A stretch of 62,926 nucleotides of DNA, counting the filler, from Octopus bimaculoides (Eukaryota): the NCBI RefSeq assembly GCF_001194135.2. It is 3 parts of 2 records of this genome, joined end to end, with 100 filler letters (N's around TTAATTAATTAA, not from the genome) between each part and the next. Parts side by side here need not be neighbours in the genome. Positions count along the whole stretch, not along the records: positions 30,799 to 55,185 come from NC_068998.1; positions 55,286 to 62,926 come from NC_068982.1; 1 more part is not named here. One strand, 5' to 3'. Below the pieces are notes generated by a model that was given only the letters and a program-made list of their open reading frames with translations, searched no databases and was not told the origin of the DNA. Numbering within the stretch: position 1 is the stretch's first letter; each line of letters opens with the position of its first letter. The position numbers were made by a program, and so were the translations under genes. Of the stretch, positions 50,801-62,926 are shown piece by piece.

Positions 50801-52229
50801 AAAGTTCACAACGGGGGCCATTTGGAGCTCGATGAGGACGTTTTGGAGCAAAGGGGCATCAGAGCGGCGTTAAGAGACTTGAGGAGCGCTAGAAGACCCT
50901 TGTCTTTGGTAAGTTTAATTTGAAATAGACGAGTAGTAGCCATACTTTCACATCTCTGCAACAGTCAATATAAAACAACCATGCCTTTTTTTTCCAAATT
51001 TTAAATTGAGATTAATATTCAATTTATCACCCTCAGTATATANNNNNNNNNNNNNNNNNNNNNNNNNNNNNNNNNNNNNNNNNNNNNNNNNNNNNNNNNN
51101 NNNNNNNNNNNNNNNNNNNNNNNNNNNNNNNNNNNNNNNNNNNNNNNNNNNNNNNNNNNNNNNNNNNNNNNNNNNNNNNNNNNNNNNNNNNNNNNNNNNN
51201 NNNNNNNNNNNNNNNNNNNNNNNNNNNNNNNNNNNNNNNNNNNNNNNNNNNNNNNNNNNNNNNNNNNNNNNNNNNNNNNNNNNNNNNNNNNNNNNNNNNN
51301 NNNNNNNNNNNNNNNNNNNNNNNNNNNNNNNNNNNNNNNNNNNNNNNNNNNNNNNNNNNNNNNNNNNNNNNNNNNNNNNNNNNNNNNNNNNNNNNNNNNN
51401 NNNNNNNNNNNNNNNNNNNNNNNNNNATAGGGCAAAAATTCGATATTAATTAATATCAATTTAATACCAGGAAACTAGCACATTAAAAGAATCAGAAGGT
51501 TCAGGAAAAAATTTTCGAGATCCTAAAAGGATTATAGCACTTGTGTATATAAAAATGACCAGTAACTGGTCTGTCAATATGCTAGAGGAAGATCACTTAA
51601 AAAATTCTCAAAGAAAGATTCAGCGGAGCAAAAACAGGCGGGTTAGACCAGTGAAAATTATAAATACCTCGGTTATCCGTAGACTATAGTTTCAAAATCA
51701 ATACTTCCAAATTAAAGTATCTATTTATCATCAGTACAAATTGCCGATATTATTATAATCGAAGTTGACTTTTCTTTTTATCCTTTCAGGGTCGATTAAA
51801 TAAACACCAGTTGGATAGTGGAGGTGTTTGAACTCGAAACGGAGGGAATGCCGCTACGCACTTTATCCCCGGCGTGCTAACGATTCTGACATCTCGCAGC
51901 GTTTCCAAACACACAAACACATATATACATTCTTTAATGTATATACGTAGCGTGACTCTATAATAACTACGTGAGTATTAGTGAATGTAAATATGACTTT
52001 TAAATTCTTTTATCGTTTCTGCAAATAACTAAATATATTGGAAGACTAATAATTTTGATAGAATATCAATTTGAAGAGTAATATTAAGTTATTAAACGAA
52101 AACAAAAAAACTGAAATTTATCATTTGAGGCTTATTAAAATATTTATTAAATTTATTCTTGGAATTAGAGGGGTATCTCTAATTATTCAACTCATGTGAT
52201 CAATAGCAATACTAACAAATAGATGTAGG

Positions 52230-52328
52230 TATGTATGAATATATAGTCATATACGTTACACACACAAACATATATATTAATGTACGTATATGTATATGTA
52301 TATATATATGTATATGTACGTTTATGTG

Positions 52329-52392
<64 letters not shown>

Positions 52393-52830
52393 NNNNNNNN
52401 NNNNNNNNNNNNNNNNNNNNNNNNNNNNNNNNNNNNNNNNNNNNNNNNNNNNNNNNNNNNNNNNNNNNNNNNNNNNNNNNNNNNNNNNNNNNNNNNNNNN
52501 NNNNNNNNNNNNNNNNNNNNNNNNNNNNNNNNNNNNNNNNNNNNNNNNNNNNNNNNNNNNNNNNNNNNNNNNNNNNNNNNNNNNNNNNNNNNNNNNNNNN
52601 NNNNNNNNNNNNNNNNNNNNNNNNNNNNNNNNNNNNNNNNNNNNNNNNNNNNNNNNNNNNNNNNNNNNNNNNNNNNNNNNNNNNNNNNNNNNNNNNNNNN
52701 NNNNNNNNNNNNNNNNNNNNNNNNNNNNNNNNNNNNNNNNNNNNNNNNNNNNNNNNNNNNNNNNNNNNNNNNNNNNNNNNNNNNNNNNNNNNNNNNNNNN
52801 NNNNNNNNNNNNNNNNNNNNNNNNNNNNNN

Positions 52831-52874
<44 letters not shown>

Positions 52875-52875
52875 A
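52230..52875. repeat. TA/CA/TG tracts flanking a gap
   Basis: Direct reading. Confidence 0.9.
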
Positions 52876-53259
52876 TAAATCAGAAAACCATCAAAATCAA
52901 TGTGGAATTAAATATACATCAACACTGAAGGAAAGCGAGATGTGTATTTGATCATTGATTATGTAACCATTCCTTATCTCTGCGATTAACAAAGAAGGTT
53001 TGCTAGCGATAAGAAAACGTGTTTTTAAGGCCACGTACAGTGTCTCAGTTGCTATAGATCAATAAAGCATTATGTTGGATATTATTAAATAAAGATTGCG
53101 CGAATGTATTCTGAAATATAATACAATGGGTAATGTGGATTAAGTTAGGAGTGAATGCAATACAGTGGAAGTAAGGAAATTAGATAATGTAAAGTGAGGA
53201 AATATTAGATGACGAAATATGGGGAAAAATTGATAAGAGTAAATGGACATGGCAGTCGG

Positions 53260-53402
53260 ATTACAGACACACACACATACATGTATGCATACACTTACTC
53301 ACACACATAATTACACAACCGTATATACACATATACATACATACACAGACGCACACCAGCATAAGCATAAGCATACACAAATACATATATACACTCATAT
53401 AA

Positions 53403-53435
<33 letters not shown>

Positions 53436-53717
53436 TATATATATATATATATATATACGTCTGTGTGTGTGTGTGTGTGTGTGTACACATACATACATAC
53501 ATACATGACCACTCATAAATTCANNNNNNNNNNTATACGTCTGTGTGTGTGTGTGTGCGTGTACACATACATACATACATACATGACCACTCATAAATTC
53601 ATATATACGCATATACGTGCATATACATATATATATATATATATATATACATACACACAAACATCCATGCACACACATACACGCATATACGCATACATAC
53701 CCGCATAGACGTTGATA

Positions 53718-53765
<48 letters not shown>

Positions 53766-53778
53766 ATGATGATGATGG
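53260..53778. repeat. CA/TA-rich tract followed by (GAT)n
   Basis: Direct reading. Confidence 0.9.
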
Positions 53779-54004
53779 CGGTGGCGGGGACTGTCCACTC
53801 GTAACTAAGGAAGATCATCACTAACGACTGTCCATGCAAATGCCAGCAATACACGTACATCAGGTTATTGCACCAACAGTCGGTTTCATCCGGGTTCGCA
53901 CCCGCGGCTTCCATCGTCGTTGCAGCGCTCTCCTTGTTAGACCGGGGATCGGATAATTTAGATACCACGCCGGTATTGTACAACCTCAAAATTTTAGATA
54001 TAAT

Positions 54005-54121
54005 TAACACTTGCAGAGCACCGTAAATGCTCAAGAACACAACGCGTGACCCGGTCCAGGAATTGAAACCACAATCTTACGATCATGAGTTAAATACCCT
54101 AACCACTAAGCTACGCGCCTT
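54005..54121 (-). mobile_element. SINE family C head
   Basis: gctcaagaacacaacg...ggaattgaaacc...aaccactaagctacgcgcct. Confidence 0.8.
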
Positions 54122-54135
54122 CACTATGATCACTT

Positions 54136-54240
54136 AGAAAGTGCTTTCTACTATAGATCTGAGACCTACCAAAGACTTGTGAGTGGATTTGGTAGACAGA
54201 AACTGAAAGAAGCCCGTCGTATGTGTGTGTGTGTGTGTGC
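54136..54240 (+). mobile_element. SINE family B fragment
   Basis: ttctactatag...ccaaagacttgtgagtggatttggtagacagaaactgaaagaagcccgtcgt. Confidence 0.85.
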
Positions 54241-54261
54241 GATATACTCTCTGTCGAAGAC

Positions 54262-54510
54262 GATGTATGAGCGTTCAGCTCAACTGATTTGTTTATAATG
54301 ATCGAATGTTCGTACCGTACTTTGGCTCACTTTCTACATCAAATTGATGTTGTCTGAACAGGTACAATGCGTCGGGTGTCGAAGTGATCGCACAGCAACG
54401 TGAAATGAAGTGTTTTGCTCAAGAACACAACGGGCCACCCGATTTAGGAATTGAAATCACGATCGCTATATTGTGAGTGTAACATCATAACCACTAAACC
54501 ATTGCGCTTT
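54262..54510 (-). mobile_element. SINE family C
   Basis: cagcaacgtgaaatgaagtgttttgctcaagaacacaac is the reverse complement of the 50650-50690 core. Confidence 0.82.
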
Positions 54511-54527
54511 CATATATTTATATATAT

Positions 54528-55185
54528 ATGCAATTCAATGCAGGAAAGTTCCAAGCCCTGTCCTACAAGCATATAAAGCTGAACAACATGCAGACAGGTT
54601 GCACAGCCCCGGGAAGAATTGCAATCTCTGAATCAAAATCAGTGTGTGACCTGGGCATTGACATGAGCAATGATGCATCTTTCCAGGTGCATATTACTAT
54701 TTTGTTAATAAAATGCAGACATCTAGGTAGGTAGCTGGATCCTATGAACTTTCAAAGCGAGGGAAAAGGAAATTATGATGTTCATTTGGAAGGCATACAT
54801 CCTCAACCACTTGGACTATTGCTCCCAACTATGGTCACCAAACAGTATAAAATTAACGGCGGAACTCGAAGCAATCCAACGAAGCTACACAAAGAAAATC
54901 GTCTCAGTGCAACATATCAGCGACTGGGAAACGCTAAGTGTTAAAACCCTTCTTCATAGAACGTTGAAAAGATATGCAGTGATATACATTCGGAAAATCC
55001 TGGAAGGCCTTGTACCAAACTTTGGCATTGAAAGTTAGACAAACAGTAGAACAGGACGCCACTTCATAGTGCCAAAGATCCCAGCATCGCCACCAAAATA
55101 CAGCACCAGATACTGCAATAGCATGTGTTTCAAGGACCCGCACCTCTTCAATATTTTTCTAAGATGCCCGAGAGATCTCCACGGT
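54528..55185 (+). mobile_element. CR1-group LINE, post-RT region, decayed
   Basis: MQFNAGKF...DLGIDMS...F.VHI, then HLDYCSQLWSP...LEAIQRSYTKKI and RYAVIYIRKILEGLVPN. Cut off by the linker at 55186. Confidence 0.85.
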
Positions 55186-55285
55186 NNNNNNNNNNNNNNN
55201 NNNNNNNNNNNNNNNNNNNNNNNNNNNNNTTAATTAATTAANNNNNNNNNNNNNNNNNNNNNNNNNNNNNNNNNNNNNNNNNNNN
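55186..55285. other. Artificial scaffold linker 44N-TTAATTAATTAA-44N
   Basis: Exactly 100 bp, same as 30699-30798. Confidence 0.95.
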
Positions 55286-55304
55286 AAAAGTAAATAAAGG
55301 CAGT

Positions 55305-55364
55305 GATAATAATGATGACGACGACAACAACAACAACACAACAACAACGATAATGATAATAATG

Positions 55365-55445
<81 letters not shown>
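55305..55445. repeat. (GAC)n-(CAA)n-(TAA)n tract
   Basis: Direct reading. Confidence 0.95.
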
Positions 55446-55582
55446 TTGCCAATCGAATACAAAAATCAGTATTTACATTGGAAAATATATAAACACTACA
55501 AAAACGACACCCATGCTTACTGGTATGAGCATCATCCTGAGCCAATCGTCGAAGGTAAAACTGTCACTATCCTCTGAGATTT
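55446..55582 (+). mobile_element. R4/Dong-type element fragment (pre-RLE segment)
   Basis: QYLHWKIYKHYK...WYEHHPEPIVEGKTVTIL*DF, starting right after (TAA)n. Equivalent to the RWYRHT.EKV.ENEKATILW segment near 11700. Confidence 0.75.
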
Positions 55583-55751
55583 TGGTTTCAAGAAAATCTC
55601 AGCAGTTTGACCATTTCAACTACCGCTAAAATATTTCCTCACAGCTACAACTGAGTGTTGTCATTAAAACCATCAACTGTCATATCATTGCAGAAATCAT
55701 GTAAGATCATTACGATCAGTCTTAAAATGTTTCATTATTAACGCAACTTTT

Positions 55752-55972
55752 AAGACGGCGAGCTGGCAGAGTCATTAACAAGCCGGGCGAAATGCTTAGA
55801 CGTATTTCGTTTCCTGCTACAATCTGAGTTCAAATTTCTCCCAGGTCGACATTGCCTTTCATCGTTTCCGGCTCCACTCGTTAAGTACGAGTGAAACACT
55901 GGGGTCGATGTAATCGATTAGTCCCCTCACTCCAAATTTCAGACCTTGTGCCTACAGTAGAGAGGATCATTA
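55752..55972 (+). mobile_element. SINE family A, tail type 1
   Basis: aagacggcgagctggcagagtc...ccttgtgcctacagtagagagga. Confidence 0.9.
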
Positions 55973-56251
55973 ACACAACATAACTGTGTTGTTGCGACTA
56001 CTAATTAAATGTATCATTAAAATTATCACTGAGCGATTTTATTGCAAACGGCACTGAGTTGTGTCATTACAGTCACCAGTGAGATCTCATTGCAGTTATA
56101 TCCAGTATTTCATTACAGTTATCGCTGATGCTGTTATGAAGACCGCTCATGAGGTGTTTAATGCAACGTATGTGCTGTTTTATGAAATTCACCGCAGGGC
56201 TGATTCTGTGCATCGCCGGCCGAGCTGTCTCATTGCAGCACTTCTTAGCTA

Positions 56252-56488
56252 TTCTTATTTCTTTATTGCCCACAAGGGGCTAAACATAGAGGGGACAAAC
56301 AAGGACAGACAAAGGGATTAAGTCGATTATATCGACCCCAGTGCGTAACTGGTACCTAATTTATCGACCCCGAAAGGATGAAAGGCAAATTTGACCTCGG
56401 CGGAATTTGGACTCAGAACGTAATGGCAGACGAAATACCGCTAATCATTTCGCCCGGCGTGCTAACCTTTCTGCCAGCTCACCGCCTT
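56252..56488 (-). mobile_element. SINE family A, full length, tail type 2
   Basis: Near-consensus reverse copy ending ctgccagctcaccgcctt. Confidence 0.93.
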
Positions 56489-56783
56489 GCCACCTCTTAG
56501 CCATTCTAATATACCCAGCACTGAGTTGAGCTTCGTCATAAGATCCATAGATCTGTGCTTTAACCAGGTGCGCCATTGCAACTGCTACAGGCTTTAACTA
56601 AAATGCTTAGAGGAATTGACAATGTCCATTGAGATTTATTATTACTACTTATGTACTTTCGCATTCCACTGTGCTACCACATCTAATTTTTATCATAAAT
56701 TTTCAAACACTCTCACATGTTATGAAAATATTTCCCAATTTCTTTATTTTTATATATACGTTTTCAGTAATTTCACTAATTCA

Positions 56784-57125
56784 TAGGCGCGGGAGTGGCT
56801 ATGCGGTAAGAAGCTTACTTCCCAACCACGTGGTTCCGGGTTCAGTCCCACTGCATGGCACATTGGCCAAGTGTCGCCTAAAGACTTGTAATTGAATTTG
56901 GTAGACGGAAACTGAGGGAAGCCTGTCGTATAGATGTATATGTACATATATGTTTGTGTCTTTCTGAGTTTTCCCCCCCACCATCGCAACCTGACCACCG
57001 GTGTTAATGTATTTACGTCCCCGTAACTTAGCGGTTCGGCGTCAATTCATTCAACTAAAAGTTCAAGGTGGTGTTCCAGAATGGCCGCAGTCTAATAATT
57101 GAAACAGGTAAAAGATAAAGATAAA
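56784..57125 (+). mobile_element. SINE family B, near full length
   Basis: taggcgcgggagtggctatgcggtaag (A box), ccgggttcagtccc (B box), CORE-like gcacattggccaagtgtc, internal TA-rich segment, and 3' part gtccccgtaacttagcggttcggc...gaaacaggtaaaagata. Confidence 0.9.
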
Positions 57126-57933
57126 TTTACCTGTTTCTCATTTTTTGAATAACCTTCGATTTAAAAAAAAAAACAAAAAAAAACACCTTGGTCTTCATTG
57201 GGTCCAGTCCACACAAGCGCACGCGTGTGTGTCTTTGTGTGTGTAAAGTATTCCGCTGTTGAGCTTAGAGCTGGATCAGAACCCACCTTAAAATCTGGTA
57301 ACATTTGTTGAAGTGATTCCGGAAAGATAATCATTACGTAGCCCTCATTCGTTTTATAAAATGTTCATATTTGAATGAATATCTTCTGCAAGTTCCAGCT
57401 TGTTAAGATTACCGTCTTATTTCGTTATATAGTATGAGACATGATTTTAGCTTCATTTGTGTTATGCAAAAATGTTTTATTATTTTGTCTTCGATACGGC
57501 GTATACATTTTTCTCTTGTTTAGTTTAATTCCTCAATTAGATTATCGTTTTGCTTTCGGATTTATTTTCTAATACCGAAATTCTTTAGGTAAGTGTAGTA
57601 GAAGTGATTCTTTTTAACAAAGAAATATTTTATACTTGCAAGTAATTTAATCATGTATGAAGTATTACACAAAGTTTCAATTTGTACAACCATTTACTAG
57701 TCTGTGTTACCAGAGCTTCAGCTAGACTGCGGGTTATTTATTTATTTATTTATTTATTTTGATTCCGCACTCTCTGCTCACATTCCAAGTCTCACTGAGT
57801 TTAAATTCACAACCTCATTTTTTTACGATCGATGAAGTATATGGTACCTATTGGGGTAGATTCTTCTTCCTTCGGTCTTCTTTTGAGATTTGCTTATGGT
57901 AAACAAGATAGCGTCTTGTAAAACACACACAGT

Positions 57934-57934
<1 letters not shown>

Positions 57935-58007
<73 letters not shown>
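57935..58007. repeat. (TA)n
   Basis: Direct reading. Confidence 0.97.
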
Positions 58008-58008
<1 letters not shown>

Positions 58009-58164
58009 TTTTACGCATATTATATTACAAACGTATAGCGCTTATCATAGAAGTCAGTCGAGGTCGCTCTTCGAAGTATTACCGTATCTTTTCTTTATTA
58101 TTTTTAAGACAAAACTGAAGCAATTACTGATAGCATTCCATGACTCCTTACAATTGCTATACGA

Positions 58165-58405
58165 GGTAAAGACGAGGCGTCTATAAGGTCATTCGACCTT
58201 CTAAAATTAGCAGTAAAATCTTTGTAAAAATCACACCCAACTGTCTTTTGAAAAATGAAAGGAGACATGTGTATCCAGGATAAGGTAGTCATTGAGTAGT
58301 TATCGATACATTATACATGAAAAAAGACACATTGATCACTGTTCCATCTCCTTTGATCATAAAACTGCTGAATCGGAGCTGACCTAGTACTAAACATGAA
58401 CAACA
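58165..58405 (+). repeat. Old dispersed repeat (family E)
   Basis: ggtcattcgaccttctaaaattagcag...aaatcacacccaactgtc...ctttgatcata...ggagctgacctagtactaaac. Confidence 0.7.
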
Positions 58406-59062
58406 ATTTATATTCTAAAGATTGAAGTTATCATCAAATAATCTGACAAATATTGTTCTTTCCGTGTCTGAAAGCTACAAATAGTTTTGCAACTCCTTCA
58501 GGTTAACAAACACTCACAATCACACGCACAGCGATACAAGTACACAAGCACATATACACATCCACAGGTACACTCGCATACGCAAACAAGCTATTTTAGA
58601 TTCTATTTTAGACACCAGAATAGAAAGTTGTTTAAAAACGGAAAACTTGGATAATATTTTTGTAGATGTTCAGAGGAGTATCACGTCAGATAGAATATAT
58701 ATTTATACGTACACTTACAGAATTAAATACATTCCCATATACACACATATACACACATACACATAAACATATGTATATTTGTGTGTGTATATAAGAGTGT
58801 ATTCATGTGTTCAAGGATAGACAGATAGTGCGTTAGTGAGATAGTAATAGAGAAATAGATTTAGTGGACCATTTCCTTTATTCCTCATTATTAATGTATA
58901 GATTTGAAACCACCCTTCAACTACAAAGAAAGAGAAATGGCTAGTTTCAGAGATAAAAAAAACAGATAAATAGATAGGTACGTATCCATACATATGTACA
59001 CACATATACACAAGTACACAGACTAACACATATATATATAAATATATATATACACATACAAA

Positions 59063-59065
<3 letters not shown>

Positions 59066-59131
<66 letters not shown>
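59066..59131. repeat. (CT)n running into a gap
   Basis: Direct reading. Confidence 0.97.
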
Positions 59132-59618
59132 NNNNNNNNNNNNNNNNNNNNNNNNNNNNNNNNNNNNNNNNNNNNNNNNNNNNNNNNNNNNNNNNNNNNN
59201 NNNNNNNNNNNNNNNNNNNNNNNNNNNNNNNNNNNNNNNNNNNNNNNNNNNNNNNNNNNNNNNNNNNNNNNNNNNNNNNNNNNNNNNNNNNNNNNNNNNN
59301 NNNNNNNNNNNNNNNNNNNNNNNNNNNNNNNNNNNNNNNNNNNNNNNNNNNNNNNNNNNNNNNNNNNNNNNNNNNNNNNNNNNNNNNNNNNNNNNNNNNN
59401 NNNNNNNNNNNNNNNNNNNNNNNNNNNNNNNNNNNNNNNNNNNNNNNNNNNNNNNNNNNNNNNNNNNNNNNNNNNNNNNNNNNNNNNNNNNNNNNNNNNN
59501 NNNNNNNNNNNNNNNNNNNNNNNNNNNNNNNNNNNNNNNNNNNNNNNNNNNNNNNNNNNNNNNNNNNNNNNNNNNNNNNNNNNNNNNNNNNNNNNATATG
59601 TGTGCGTTTGTTTGTATG

Positions 59619-59663
<45 letters not shown>

Positions 59664-60647
59664 ATATATTTTAAGTATGTATGTTTTATGTATGTATTAA
59701 TATACATATACCTACACCTATAAATACACAAATACGCACACACACACACACACGTACATATAAACCTATAATATGCGGACACTTTGTATTATTTTTTTTT
59801 CTCTCTTTTCCTTTCGTGCAAAGATATAGATATATATTTTAAAGATAACCAGACGTAAGACGACGACGACGACGCACCGATATTCGCTATCCGAGACAAA
59901 AGAAAGAAATGGAAAAAGTAAAATTAAATATCAAATCAATATTAAAAAAATATATAGCAACGTACAATTATCGAAATATTTTTGCTCGCAAAATAGTAGA
60001 TAGCTCAAGAACGACAACAGCTTGCGAGAGTAGAGAAAATCTTAAATATCTTATGCAAAGGCTCTCCTTAAAATTTTTTTTTGCCCAAGATAGAACGATT
60101 CGGCGTCCTTCAATTAAAATTGTTAAATACTGGTTTAGCTAGCAATGTGATGTAATTTTTTAGAAACATATTGTAATCACTCGTTGTAATCTGAAATCAA
60201 ATTTCTTGCATTTTATTTTTAATTCTTCCCTCTCTGTAAGACTAACAATCATATATCATATATATGTGTAAGCATAGCAACGGGAGAACATGTAGAAATA
60301 ACAGCGTACTTTCTCTCCAAATCACACCTTATTTACTGCCATAGAAAATGTTAGATTCCTGGATAGGTGTGAGTTCAGAGCGTCTATGGTTTTGTAAATA
60401 ACGATATAGTCAAGGTGGTATTGCGTCTATGAGTTGTCTGTCTATTGGAATTAAACACCAGCAGCAAAACAGATACAAAAACTGATACAAGAAAAGAATT
60501 TAGAGTGAAATTTATTTACAGAAATGTCATTACTTGACTGCTTTTACAGCCAAGAGTCAGTCAAATGTAAAGCCTTACCCCGATGTCTAATTGAAAGACA
60601 TAAAGATTTTAGATAACCTGATTATGACTAAAATATATTTCAGAAAT

Positions 60648-60865
60648 AAGTGCGCTGAGTTGGCATAACTGTTAGGGCGCAGGACAAATCGCTCAGCGGC
60701 ATTTCGTCCGTCTTTACGGTTTGAGTTCAAATTCCGTCGAGGGCGATCTTGGCTTTCCTCCTTTCAGGGTGTATAAAATAAGTACCATTCTGAGCTCAAG
60801 GATTAATGTAATCAACTTGTCCCCTCCCCAGAATTGGTTGGCCTTGTGTCACAATGTGAAGGCAA
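60648..60865 (+). mobile_element. SINE family A, tail type 1
   Basis: tcgctcagcggcatttcgtccgtctttacggtttgagttcaaattccgtcgagg...ggccttgtgtcac. Confidence 0.87.
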
Positions 60866-61682
60866 TATACCTCATTAAGAGAAAATACACTCCTGATCTC
60901 CCTCTCTTTCACTCTCTATCTTATTTTCACCTTTTTGTCTGTTTCTCGGTCTTTTTCTTTGATTCTTTCTTTCTGTCTCTGTCTGTCTCTGTCTCTCTCT
61001 GTCTTTGTTCCTCTCTCTCTCTCTCTGTCTTTGTTCCACTCTCTCTCTCTTTCATCTCAGGCATGGAACAAATTGTCGACAACAAGAGCAGCTAACGTTG
61101 ATGAGACATTATTTTTTTCCCTCGACACAAAACAAGACAGAGTTTGCGTCTCAGGAAACTGATTGAAAGCAAATTTACTGTGTTTGTTTGCTGATCGCTT
61201 TTAAACCGAATGCTTGTTGTGAAATCCCAATGATACTCATGTGATTCGCATGAGAATCAACAGTGTAAATGAAATGAATTGTAGAGCCAGCTTGTTGGGA
61301 TCTTAGCTATACTTATATGTACGTTATATCTGTTGGCTATGATTTGTGCATTATATTAGGAACCGAGAAAATGGGAACATTGATTTAAATCGACCGACAT
61401 AAGTTGTTTGAGTCAACTGGCGTAAATTATTTAATTCAGCCAGCGCAATTTATTTAATTCAATTAACGTAAGTTGTGTCAAGCAGCTGAAGTTATTTCAG
61501 TCAACAAACAACCACATGCGGATCGTATTGAGAAGGTAAAATGATGTATTTATAATTCTGCCTGGTTCTTGTCTATCTTTTTTATATATTTGTTGACGGA
61601 TGAATATATTGCTTACAACACTAACATTAGCAACACTAACAACATTAGCAACACTATTTCTTTCCTTTTTGTTTATACAACT

Positions 61683-62058
61683 GTGGTGGAGGCGCAATGG
61701 CCCAGTTGTTAGGGCAGCGGACTCGCGGTCTTAGGATCGCGGTTTCGATTCCCAGAACGAGTGTTGTGAGTGTTTATTGAGCGAAAACCCCTAAAGCTCC
61801 ATGAGGCTCCGGCAGGTGAACCCTAATGTACTCTTTCACCACAACTTTCTCGAAATCTTTCTTTCTATTGTACTTGTATATCAAAAAGGGCCAGCTTTGT
61901 CACACCCTGTGTCACGCTGAATCTCCCCGAGAACTACGTTAAGGTGTACGCGTGTCTGTGAAGTGTTCAGCCACTTGCACGTTAATTTCACAAGCAGGCT
62001 GTTCCGTTAATAGGATCAACCGGAGCACTGGTCGTCGTAACCGACGGAGTGCCAACAG
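61683..62058 (+). mobile_element. tRNA-headed SINE family D, about 375 bp
   Basis: ggcgcaatggcccagttgttagggcagcggactcgcgg (A box) and ggtttcgattccc (B box), then a long non-tRNA body. Single copy in this window. Confidence 0.75.
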
Positions 62059-62461
62059 ATACAACTGGAATATATAGCAATAGCTTTGGTTTCCTTCCTA
62101 TTTAAGAAAGTAAAGTGTGACGTATTGGGTATTCGAGTTTTGCTTCAAATAGACCTAGGAACTGCCAAAATGCTGTTTGGGGATTCTGTAATTGCTTAGA
62201 GATGAATGACGTTTGCCTGGAGAGCACTCAATACCGAGCCAATACTCATCTGGGATTTTCTTTTACCGGTGTCTGCGGGATAATACGTTAAGTTTTTCTA
62301 GGTGTGATGTGAACTCAAAGTGTAACAGAGTAGCGCAAATGCGTTCGACAGATAAACCTACCAAGAATAATTCTGTCTACTGCCCTCAATAAAAAATTAT
62401 ATTTGATGCTCCTCTGATAACACAATACGGACAAATGTACCAGTTCCATGTCATCATCTTT

Positions 62462-62580
<119 letters not shown>

Positions 62581-62926
62581 ACAACATGTCATGGCATATG
62601 ACTGAGTTAGACTTTCAAATGCAAATTTTGTCCATGTCACTGACTTACGAACAGATTTTGTTATCTTAATTTCATTTAAGATCTCTACAATCATTTATAT
62701 CAAGCCATTCACTTGAGAATGTTTTTGGATGAGAAATCATGAGGTTACGCGTGTCTGAGCGAAATTTCAAAATAACTTCCCAAGTCGAGGGAGACAACGA
62801 ATATCTAACATATGTGTGTATGTATACATTCGTGTAGATATGCGCTTGTGTGTTTGTAAATAACGAAAAAGGTTCCTGAAGCAGTTAAAGAAAATACGGT
62901 CATTAACGTTTGACGTTGATGTATGG

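Noticed and set aside
53453-53600. About 70-bp direct duplication
   Set aside because: The two copies sit on either side of a 10-N gap, so this is most likely an unmerged contig overlap.
61686-61760. tRNA gene
   Set aside because: A and B boxes are present, but I see no closing acceptor stem and the sequence continues into a SINE body. The same applies to 50572, 56784 and the family A heads.

Overview
This is AT-rich animal genomic DNA from a draft assembly, with about 20 N-gaps (roughly 7.5 kb) and very dense microsatellites. The repeat families look to me like those of Octopus; that assignment is from memory, not a search. I found no host protein-coding gene that I can name, and nearly every ORF in the supplied track is a microsatellite or N-run artefact. 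Well supported: (1) about 20 copies of one tRNA-derived SINE family with two alternative 3' tails, plus three other tRNA-headed SINE families; (2) decayed non-LTR retrotransposon pieces (RTE-like, an RTE-X-like RT, a CR1-group RT, a Penelope-like RT); (3) several R4/Dong-type RLE element fragments at three loci, nearly all abutting (TAA)n tracts; (4) a Tc1/mariner transposase fragment; (5) two artificial 100-bp scaffold linkers, so the window is three joined pieces. The most interesting unexplained structures are a 67-nt miRNA-like hairpin ending at a splice-acceptor-like site (5031-5097), a 276-bp gap-free palindrome (40924-41199), a decayed repeat-containing coding relic (about 400-1580) and an 18-bp minisatellite resembling a SINE 5' end. 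Several splice-site-flanked candidate exons are speculative. Nothing here demonstrates a new biological system; the leads need RNA data or homology searches.
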